Virus record (IMG/VR): IMGVR_UViG_3300006226_000014
Coordinates: 1-24,803 of that record
Strand: one strand, 5' to 3'
Length of the DNA: 24,803 bases
Source: a virus
Taxonomy: Duplodnaviria > Heunggongvirae > Uroviricota > Caudoviricetes
Shown here: one piece after another, positions 1 through 7,513 of the stretch
Layout: every line of letters begins with the position of its first letter
Position numbering within the stretch: position 1 is the stretch's first letter
The notes under the pieces: generated by a model
The model's input: the letters and a program-made list of their open reading frames with translations, nothing else
What the model was told of the DNA's origin: nothing
Databases searched by the model: none
Translations under genes and position numbers: made by a program

Positions 1-342
1 TAATACATAAATACTAATAATACTGATATAAAAATAGAATTTTTTACTAAAAATATTTAAAAATAATTTATGATACTTAGAGAAAAATAAAGCTAAATAT
101 AAAAATATTATAAAAGACAAATAAATAATTAAATATTGATAATGTTGTAATTGATAGAAAAAAACATCAAAATATAATGAAACTACATATAAAACTATAG
201 CAAACAGATATGAAGTTATTAGCCAATTAAATTGAATAGCTAATGTTCTGCTTTTTACATTTAAGTAAATTGAATAGCTACATATAAATACTGCCTCTAT
301 TAAGAGGGCATAAAGTAGAATTGTACTGATAATATAAGTCAT
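1..342 (-). CDS. Polytopic membrane protein, partial (runs off window start); absent from the ORF track
   Basis: Manual translation: ATG at 342-340 overlaps the upstream TAA (TAATG), preceded by GGAGAG; open for 114 codons to position 1: MTYIISTILLYALLIEAVFICSYSIYLNVKSRTLAIQFNWLITSYLFAIVLYVVSLYFDVFFYQLQHYQYLIIYLSFIIFLYLALFFSKYHKLFLNIFSKKFYFYISIISIYVL; at least 3-4 hydrophobic segments. Confidence 0.75.
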   Translation of the reverse strand, partial: MTYIISTILLYALLIEAVFICSYSIYLNVKSRTLAIQFNWLITSYLFAIVLYVVSLYFDVFFYQLQHYQYLIIYLSFIIFLYLALFFSKYHKLFLNIFSKKFYFYISIISIYVL

Positions 343-1142
343 TACTTCTCTCCAAGTTTTTCTTCTTCAACAGTCCCTATTAAATTTGCTAATTTTTCTT
401 CAATAGCTTGTGTTCTTTTCTTTGTTAAATCTATAAGTTTGTTTTGCTGGTCTCTAGATAACTTAATAAAGTTGATAATAGCTTCATCGACAGTTTCTTT
501 TATCTTCTCAGTTGACACATCAAACAATTTATATAATAACTTAGAATCAGAAATTAAGACATAAGCCTTAATTTTAAGTTTCATTGATCTTATGCAATCT
601 TCTGTAATTGCTTGAACTTCATTATTGATTTCTAAATCTGTTTTGTCTAAGAAAGATGAAGATTCCTTTAACATATCAAATCTATGTAATAATACGTTAG
701 TGAAATCTCTGTGCAAATAAAGTTCTAAGATTTGTCCCATTTTAGACAATGAACATTCTGCTGTTTCTTCATATATGTTGGTAAACTCTAAACAAACATG
801 TTCTATTGCCCGTGTTAGTGCTAATTGTTGAATATTTTGAATTTCAACATTAATCCGTGTATTTAACTCTTCTTTCGATATCAAATACTTTTCATATTCA
901 TCACCTATAATTCCTTTAATGATTAAGATGTTAGCATCGTGTCGCTCTTTATTGCATGGTATTAACTTAACATCAACACCATCAATTTTGTCTAATATGA
1001 TCTTTCCCTTTTCAAAAGATCTAATTCTCGGGATAACTTTAACACATAACCAAACAATTAAGCTAACTAACCCAGCTGCTACAATAAATAGGAATACAGT
1101 TCCTTGCGTTGTTGATAATAACATCTCTAAAAGTTCTTTCAT
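342..1142 (-). CDS. Hypothetical membrane-anchored protein (single N-terminal TM helix plus helical soluble domain)
   Basis: 266-aa ORF; hydrophobic stretch VFLFIVAAGLVSLIVWLCVKVI followed by basic PRIRSFEKGK; AAGGG SD-like site upstream. Function (holin/antiholin-like or other) not established. Confidence 0.75.
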   Translation of the reverse strand: MKELLEMLLSTTQGTVFLFIVAAGLVSLIVWLCVKVIPRIRSFEKGKIILDKIDGVDVKLIPCNKERHDANILIIKGIIGDEYEKYLISKEELNTRINVEIQNIQQLALTRAIEHVCLEFTNIYEETAECSLSKMGQILELYLHRDFTNVLLHRFDMLKESSSFLDKTDLEINNEVQAITEDCIRSMKLKIKAYVLISDSKLLYKLFDVSTEKIKETVDEAIINFIKLSRDQQNKLIDLTKKRTQAIEEKLANLIGTVEEEKLGEK

Positions 1143-1170
1143 GTATAACCCTTCTGTTTTCTATAAAGCC

Positions 1171-1200
1171 AAAAAAAGCCGCCTAGTAAGAGAGGCGGCT
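1171..1200 (-). terminator. Rho-independent terminator after tail sheath gene
   Basis: Perfect 8-bp stem AGCCGCCT (1177-1184) / AGGCGGCT (1193-1200), 8-nt loop, A-run at 1171-1177 giving a U-tract on the minus strand; begins 12 nt after the sheath stop. Confidence 0.85.
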
Positions 1201-1212
1201 GTTTCCGCTTAA

Positions 1213-3939
1213 TTAAGCTTGTGGTAAGTTCTCTAAGATTAGTGTTACTGTCTCGGAGAAGGTGTATACTCTAACCTCTACTCTAATAACAAAGTTTCGT
1301 TGTGCTTTTGTTAATGGAGTATTTTGTCCCATTATATCACAAGTTGCCAATGCCCAAATTGGCGAAGAACCTCCTGTGCGTTTTGCCAAGATATTCTCGA
1401 CTTGAGTTTGTCGCAAGCCCATCCAATATTCATTGATTGGCTTCATTATCTGTTGTCTCATTACATTGTCTCGAATTTCTCGTTTGACAAGTTGGAAAGA
1501 AAGTGAATGGCCTAAGAATGACCAGTCAGATACAAAGTTAGGATCTTGAGTTGTCTTTTGAGAGACTATCATTAAACCATCATCTGAAGTAAAGACTATT
1601 GGATTGACACCCTTAGTATCAAGCGTCTTAGTTGCTTCGTCTTCGAACTGATATTTTGATCTTAATACGCTGCGCTTTAATTGTCCGCCTAAATCTCCAG
1701 CAATGTTGTACCAAGCTGGTGCCCATCCGCCGTATTTGCGTTCAACTATTCTCATTAAGTTACATCCAACATCACCGATTGGTTGACACCAGAATTTCTT
1801 AAATGTGATTGGATCATACATCTCAAACTCACCAGCATACTGTGCATTAGAAGTTGTAGACACACGACCAGTTACTATAACGCGTTGTGCTATTTGGTCT
1901 GTTACAACACCCTTGTTATTAGGTACTAAAATCTTAGGAGATATAACAGCTGCTAATTCTTGATTTTTGTTGATAGCTACTAAAGCTGATTTGAAATCTT
2001 CTTGACCAGTTGGCTCCATAAAGAGGAACACATCATCATATTCAGGAAGAATAGCTTCTTGCAAACCATCTAAAATGATTTGATAGTATTCTTGACGATA
2101 GACGCCGCCAGTCTTTTGTTCTATTTGATTCATAGTGGCAACTAATGTACAATATCTATCACCTTCAATAGTAAAGGCTTTCTCTGAAAGAGTTTCGCCA
2201 TCTCTATCTAAGTCAAATGGATCAATGATTCGTTTGTGAGTCCAGAATCCCATTTCGTCTAAGTCTTCAGGATCATCACCGAACTTCTTAAGTACACGTA
2301 CTTCTAAGAATGATACATCGTCATCTTGTAGAATTTCTGGGAAGTAGATTTTGCCACCAAAGTTGTCTTTACCTTGTTCGTCTAATGAACCAGTGAATTC
2401 ACCACCAGATGTCACTTTGCCAACATAAACTTCTTCTGAGCAAGATACTGTAAGCGCGTTGAACCAAGTGTTCTTTGGTGCACTATCACCAGATGCCATA
2501 CCCTTGATATAAGCATTTGGTCCATCAATACCATAAAGTGCGATGTTCTCTTCTTCAGTCAAGAGGTGCTTAATGTTAGATGCAGATTCTACATAGAAAA
2601 TCTTATGGAATAAGTCAGTGTTCATTCCGCCATAAAGTGATTCTTGACAAGTAACATATTGAGTAACAAAATTGCCAGTTATGTCTCTATAGTATGCAGC
2701 GCCATCATCTGAATCAGCTGCGTCAACATATTGTCCAATGCGGAATATTCGGTCAGATTGTGTTGGGTTATAGAAAGCAACATATTCATTATCTTCCATA
2801 GCTGCATTTAATGCATTTTGTTCTGTTGGTGTTAAGCTACCAGTAATTCGTATTCTAAGTTTTCTGTCAGCATTCCAAATGTTTTGATCATAAGGAGCAT
2901 ATGCCAGTAATCGTTGATAGTGATATTTGTCATATCCGATCATTGAGATACGAACTGTTGTCACCTTTTCTGTTGGAGATTTTTGCATGAAATAAGCATA
3001 TGTATCATTACGAATTGAAACGAGATAATAGATGTTGTCTTGGATGCCGAAAGCTACTGAGTATGTGTCAATGCCGTCTGTCCACCAACCATCTATCAAG
3101 AGCTTCATAAGGCCTTCAGCATTAGTGAGCTTAATGTCAGTTGGATCAGAAGAATCAAAGAAAGCATCATAGTTCTTTTCGCCAATCCAGTCTTTAAGAG
3201 GGGTTGGGATATCACCAGAACCATACTTCATACCGAAGTTGTCCATCGTTGCAGTTTGTCCAGCAAATGTCCAAAGTTCGCTATCATTATCGCCCCAGTA
3301 TGTCTTAACTGAGCTAACACCAGAGACTAATCCATTTCTCATTGGATCATATTCTATTTCAGTAACGTTAAGCCTGCGATCTTTTGTCATAATGAGAGCA
3401 GCATTTGCGTCTTTCTTAAACTCAAAGACACCATAGCCAGGTTCGTTAATGTCAGGTACATAATCTTCTAATTCAGGTGCTTGTATGATAATGCTAGTTT
3501 TTCGATTAGTAAAGTCACCATTGAACATCTGTTCTCTACCAGGTTGAACCTTTACTTTGAAAGCGTTTCCTGCTCCGTCTTGTAATTCATACTTATCAGA
3601 TACGCCGTAGAACTTATAGACGCCATTCTTCGTAATATAGAAACCACCTAATTCAGATGGATATGCTTCACTTGTTCCAGGAGGAGCTGATATGTAGATT
3701 GGGTACTCATCGTTAAATGCCTTAGCCTCAATTAAGTCGGGCCAATGAGCTGAACCAACACCCATAAGTGCGTCAATAGCTTGAGCACTTCCACGTGGGA
3801 AATACGTTGCTCTTTGAGTTCCTTTTGGTGCACGAGCTACGATGTACCCGTTAATTGGACTTTCATTTGATACCAACACAAATGAACTGTCGATATCTAT
3901 AAACTTGAGTCTCCATGATCTGCGATTATTGAATGCCAT
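1213..3939 (-). CDS. Contractile tail sheath protein (T4 gp18-like, enlarged, 908 aa)
   Basis: N-terminus (KFIDIDSS...GYIVARAPKG) and C-terminus (LDTKGVNPIV, QKT, FLGHSLSFQLVKREI, NTPLTKAQRNFVIRVEVRVYTFSETVTL) follow the sheath-family pattern; strong SD AAGGAG; dedicated terminator; phage structural context. Confidence 0.82.
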   Translation of the reverse strand: MAFNNRRSWRLKFIDIDSSFVLVSNESPINGYIVARAPKGTQRATYFPRGSAQAIDALMGVGSAHWPDLIEAKAFNDEYPIYISAPPGTSEAYPSELGGFYITKNGVYKFYGVSDKYELQDGAGNAFKVKVQPGREQMFNGDFTNRKTSIIIQAPELEDYVPDINEPGYGVFEFKKDANAALIMTKDRRLNVTEIEYDPMRNGLVSGVSSVKTYWGDNDSELWTFAGQTATMDNFGMKYGSGDIPTPLKDWIGEKNYDAFFDSSDPTDIKLTNAEGLMKLLIDGWWTDGIDTYSVAFGIQDNIYYLVSIRNDTYAYFMQKSPTEKVTTVRISMIGYDKYHYQRLLAYAPYDQNIWNADRKLRIRITGSLTPTEQNALNAAMEDNEYVAFYNPTQSDRIFRIGQYVDAADSDDGAAYYRDITGNFVTQYVTCQESLYGGMNTDLFHKIFYVESASNIKHLLTEEENIALYGIDGPNAYIKGMASGDSAPKNTWFNALTVSCSEEVYVGKVTSGGEFTGSLDEQGKDNFGGKIYFPEILQDDDVSFLEVRVLKKFGDDPEDLDEMGFWTHKRIIDPFDLDRDGETLSEKAFTIEGDRYCTLVATMNQIEQKTGGVYRQEYYQIILDGLQEAILPEYDDVFLFMEPTGQEDFKSALVAINKNQELAAVISPKILVPNNKGVVTDQIAQRVIVTGRVSTTSNAQYAGEFEMYDPITFKKFWCQPIGDVGCNLMRIVERKYGGWAPAWYNIAGDLGGQLKRSVLRSKYQFEDEATKTLDTKGVNPIVFTSDDGLMIVSQKTTQDPNFVSDWSFLGHSLSFQLVKREIRDNVMRQQIMKPINEYWMGLRQTQVENILAKRTGGSSPIWALATCDIMGQNTPLTKAQRNFVIRVEVRVYTFSETVTLILENLPQA

Positions 3940-3959
3940 GTAATTTTCTCCTTAAATTC

Positions 3960-3973
3960 ATTTATATATAAAT
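3960..3973 (-). promoter_or_regulatory. 14-bp palindrome ATTTATATATAAAT containing a T4-late-promoter-like TATAAAT just upstream of the sheath SD
   Basis: Perfect palindrome in the 40-nt intergenic gap; minus strand reads TATAAATG-aattt-AAGGAG. AT-rich background makes chance occurrence plausible. Confidence 0.3.
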
Positions 3974-3979
3974 AGTAAG

Positions 3980-4528
3980 TTACTTACCAATATCTTTCAT
4001 TTTCTTCTTATACCATTTAGGCACATAATACTCATATTTTGGGCCCATCGTCATAAGAACCTTATTCACATCATCTTCATCAAACATGTGTCTGGCGTCT
4101 ACAGTTCCATTTGATCTAATAACTTCTTCAATGTCTGAGTCAGATGGCTTTTGTCGTTGTCTTTTCATATCACCAAAAGGCAATAGTTGTTGGCCATTTT
4201 CACCATCTCCTGGTCCCCAATCACCACTTAGAAGTTTTTGTTCTCTTCTAAATATGTATGTTGATAAGTCTTTAATTGTCATATCCTTATGAAAGCTTTT
4301 TCCCCATTCTTTACTGTTCCAGATTTGGTCAGCTATTTCTTGGGGTGATGAACCTTCTTCTAATGATTCATCAATATAACTATCAAGTCGATTATCATAT
4401 CCGCCCAAGCCAACAGTAAATGTGCTATCTTCATTATTAATGTAATTTTGAGTAAGCAGCTTATCTAAAAATGGCCGCTTTGGCATCGTAGCTTCATTAA
4501 GCTTATAGATATCTTCAAAAGTTTTCAT
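3980..4528 (-). CDS. Hypothetical protein, candidate internal head protein with capsid-targeting-like N-terminus (182 aa)
   Basis: Start reassigned to ATG 4528 (AAAGGAGA-GAAC-ATG) rather than 4543; N-terminus MKTFEDIYKLNEA resembles T4 internal-protein capsid targeting sequences (MKTF/MKTY...E). Confidence 0.7.
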   Translation of the reverse strand: MKTFEDIYKLNEATMPKRPFLDKLLTQNYINNEDSTFTVGLGGYDNRLDSYIDESLEEGSSPQEIADQIWNSKEWGKSFHKDMTIKDLSTYIFRREQKLLSGDWGPGDGENGQQLLPFGDMKRQRQKPSDSDIEEVIRSNGTVDARHMFDEDDVNKVLMTMGPKYEYYVPKWYKKKMKDIGK

Positions 4529-5903
4529 GTTCTCTCCTTTCATCTTTTCTTTTTATTTCCTGAATATTTTTGATATATTCTGCTATATCTTTATTATTTT
4601 TACACACTTCTTTATAGATATTATCATTATATTTTGTAAAATTAATCTTAAAAGTTTCTTTTTTTAGAAAATCTAAATCATCTGAGATTTTTGATTCTTT
4701 TTTCAAATTTTCATATAATTCTGTACTAGGAATTAAACTTAATACTCTAGCCTGTAATCTAATATATTTATTAGAGTTTCTTAATACATATTCTAAAGTT
4801 TGTAGTAATTCATCATAAGTTTCATTAGGAACACCAGTTAAAAAATTCCCAATACATTCTAATTTTAAATTATTATGATAATTAATAACTTTTTCAATAT
4901 TTAAGAAATTAATATTCTTTTTAAAACTTTTTAATTTTTGGTTAAAAATAGATTCTAATCCATAAAAAATTCTAAGACAATAATGTTCTTTAAAAAACTT
5001 AAGATTTTCATAATTAATAACATTACAGGATAAATATGATTCCCAAGAAATAGTCATTTGGTTCTGTTTGTTTTTTAATGATATATAAGAACTTATTTTT
5101 TTTAACAAATCAATACTGGGATTTTCTCCAATTATATGTATAAATTTATGTTTATTAGTATATTTTTTTGAAAAATATGAATAGATATAGTCAAGTTCTT
5201 TTTTTATCAATTCAAAATCTCTTTCTCTATAGTTATAAGCTAAACTACAAAAAGTACAAGAATTTACGCACCCACGAGAAACTATTATAGGAATTCGTAT
5301 AGACGTGTTAGTGGTCGAATCTACTCTAAAATATTTTAAAAAATCTGATTTATAAAGATCATAATTTATAGATAATTTAATTTTATTTATGTCATAAAAT
5401 TTTGTATTTAATTCATTTTTTATAAAGCCAGAATCTGTTAAATATAATAAATTCTTTATAGTGCTTAAATCTGTATTATTCTCTATAGCCATCATTAATT
5501 GTACTAAACTTTCTTCTGCTTCTCCAATAATTGCAAAATCTGGTTTAACATATTCCATAATTAACTCTGGATGATGTGTAACTAAAGGACCACCTAAAAT
5601 AGTCTTTATATTTAATTCTTTCATTCTTTTAACAAAATCTATAAAAAAATTAAATTCTGTAGATAAACCAGCTAACATAATAAAATCAATTTTTACAGTT
5701 TTTAATACGTTTTCTATCTCTTTCAAAAAATTTATTTTATCATTTTTGTTTCTAGGATTAAAACTTGTTTGATATATTTCTAAATCAAAATTATGTTCTT
5801 TAATTTTATTTATTAAAATATGAGGACCTATAATTATATCATAATAAATTGAACCATTTTTTTGTTTAGTATATTCTGGTACTAATATAAATAAGTATTT
5901 AAT
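4515..5903 (-). CDS. Cobalamin-binding radical SAM enzyme (class B radical SAM methyltransferase-like), about 462 aa with proposed ATT start
   Basis: CxxxCxxC motif SRGCVNSCTFC (about 5249-5281); B12-binding-domain motifs ILGGPLVT and DFAIIGEAE; FYGLES and FLTGVPNET C-terminal motifs. Frame stays open 59 codons upstream of the track start (5726) to ATT 5903, 7 nt after GGAGA. Confidence 0.88.
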   Translation of the reverse strand: MKYLFILVPEYTKQKNGSIYYDIIIGPHILINKIKEHNFDLEIYQTSFNPRNKNDKINFLKEIENVLKTVKIDFIMLAGLSTEFNFFIDFVKRMKELNIKTILGGPLVTHHPELIMEYVKPDFAIIGEAEESLVQLMMAIENNTDLSTIKNLLYLTDSGFIKNELNTKFYDINKIKLSINYDLYKSDFLKYFRVDSTTNTSIRIPIIVSRGCVNSCTFCSLAYNYRERDFELIKKELDYIYSYFSKKYTNKHKFIHIIGENPSIDLLKKISSYISLKNKQNQMTISWESYLSCNVINYENLKFFKEHYCLRIFYGLESIFNQKLKSFKKNINFLNIEKVINYHNNLKLECIGNFLTGVPNETYDELLQTLEYVLRNSNKYIRLQARVLSLIPSTELYENLKKESKISDDLDFLKKETFKINFTKYNDNIYKEVCKNNKDIAEYIKNIQEIKRKDERREHENF

Positions 5904-5919
5904 TTTAATCTCTCCTCAT

Positions 5920-6972
5920 TTATAAAGATTGTTTTGGTAAACTAGCCTCAGTTAATTGATAGATATTTTCAAATATTTTATTTTTCATTAAGTTATCTTC
6001 TTTGGGAAAATCTTCTTCTCCAAAAGTTGGATTATATTGTCTTTTCTTTTCATCCCACGCATAATTTTTGTTCTCTGATCTAAATCTTTGTCTATCAGCA
6101 TGGTCTCCACAAACATATTTAATGTAATCTAATGGACCAAGAGATCGATGATCAAAAAACTTTTTCCATCGTTTTTTGTAATCTGGATCACTAGACAATA
6201 TCTCTAAAATTTCTTCTGGTGTATGATGAGCATTAAAGAGCCATCTAATATCTTGTTCTAAATCTTCTGCTTTCATCCAATGAGGTTGAAATTTCCACTT
6301 CCATCCCTTATCTTTTTCATATTTGTCTGAAGTTGCAGTCTCTTTAAGTGTGCTCTCTCCTAAAAAGTCTAGTTCACCTGGCTTAGCATCGGCGAAACTT
6401 AATCCGCCCATATCGGCAACAGTTGGCTTTCCATAAGCTTCCATTCTAGCAGTATAACCATCAGCTATTGGTCGTCTAACTCTTTCACCGTTTGATCTAA
6501 TCCAAAATGCTTCATCATCTGGATCAACACGTCCTTCGTCTAATCGTTTACCAACACAATGGAAGATAGTGCCTTTTGGAAACATACGATAATCTTCTAA
6601 CAACTTAACATCAGTGCCCATAGATCGGCTCTCACTTAGTATCTGTACAAATGGTGATTGCAAATCTTCTGGTTCAGTAACTGGCGGTAAGATATTAGGA
6701 GTTGGTTGTCGTCTTCCTAATTCAGGCGGATCAAATGTAGAATATTCAGCTGGTGTCACACCCTGATCTTGCTTTTGAACTGGTGGCTTTTGTACATACA
6801 CCTGTGATTCATCTGGTGGTATATCAAGCAATTTAGGTTGATATCCAGTTTCAGCAGGTATTCCAATATCTCGTGGAGTTATGAAATAGGCAACAGTTGT
6901 ACCTTTTGGCGCTATAAATGATAATGACGTTAAGAAGTCATCTAAATTATATTCCTTATTTGTTAAAAACAT
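5920..6972 (-). CDS. Hypothetical protein (Pro/Gln-rich N-terminal part, several L-x-E motifs), candidate processed head/core protein
   Basis: 350-aa ORF, SD AAAGGAG; motifs ILSES, LLEDY, RLDEG, FLGES, TLKET, QLTEA; last 22 aa resemble the N-terminus of the 3980-4528 product. Confidence 0.7.
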   Translation of the reverse strand: MFLTNKEYNLDDFLTSLSFIAPKGTTVAYFITPRDIGIPAETGYQPKLLDIPPDESQVYVQKPPVQKQDQGVTPAEYSTFDPPELGRRQPTPNILPPVTEPEDLQSPFVQILSESRSMGTDVKLLEDYRMFPKGTIFHCVGKRLDEGRVDPDDEAFWIRSNGERVRRPIADGYTARMEAYGKPTVADMGGLSFADAKPGELDFLGESTLKETATSDKYEKDKGWKWKFQPHWMKAEDLEQDIRWLFNAHHTPEEILEILSSDPDYKKRWKKFFDHRSLGPLDYIKYVCGDHADRQRFRSENKNYAWDEKKRQYNPTFGEEDFPKEDNLMKNKIFENIYQLTEASLPKQSL

Positions 6973-6985
6973 TGATTAATCTCCT

Positions 6986-7513
6986 TTAATTTCCTGCCCA
7001 ACCAATATTAGCTTTAGCTCCTAAAGCATTGCCAACTGAGGCTGCTACATCAGAGCCCCAACTTTTTCCATATTTTTGTTGAACTTCGGCTTGTGCTGAT
7101 TTCCATTGTGAATCATTGTATCCTTTGCCATTTGAAGTAGACATAAGTTTATATTTTGAAAATAAATTTCTAGCAGAAGGTAGATCTAATGACTTAATTA
7201 AATAATGAGATACATTATTTTCATCAACTTTATCTTCATCTTTAGGAGTTAATTTTAAATCAAAAAAAGACACTGGTTCATTATTTTGTTTTCCAGTTAC
7301 ATAAATATCTGTTTTACCATTTCCAATATTAAGATAAACTTGATTTATTGCATTTGTTGTTTTTTGTACATAAAATAAAGCCCAACCTGCTTGAGATGCT
7401 GTTGGATCTTTTAATTGTTGTAATAATGTTGCAACATCTTTAGCTTCTCTTAATTTAATTCCACCAAAAGGTTCACTTTCTTGTAGTTGTTGTAAATAAG
7501 TATCATTCCACAT
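6986..7513 (-). CDS. Hypothetical protein, candidate internal head protein
   Basis: 175-aa ORF, GGAGG SD, TAATG-coupled to upstream gene; N-terminal QLQES and KLREA motifs. Confidence 0.72.
   Translation of the reverse strand: MWNDTYLQQLQESEPFGGIKLREAKDVATLLQQLKDPTASQAGWALFYVQKTTNAINQVYLNIGNGKTDIYVTGKQNNEPVSFFDLKLTPKDEDKVDENNVSHYLIKSLDLPSARNLFSKYKLMSTSNGKGYNDSQWKSAQAEVQQKYGKSWGSDVAASVGNALGAKANIGWAGN

Noticed and set aside
292-310. Imperfect hairpin TGCCTCT-ATTA-AGAGGGCA
   Set aside because: Bulged, inside a coding region, no U-tract; no support as a terminator.
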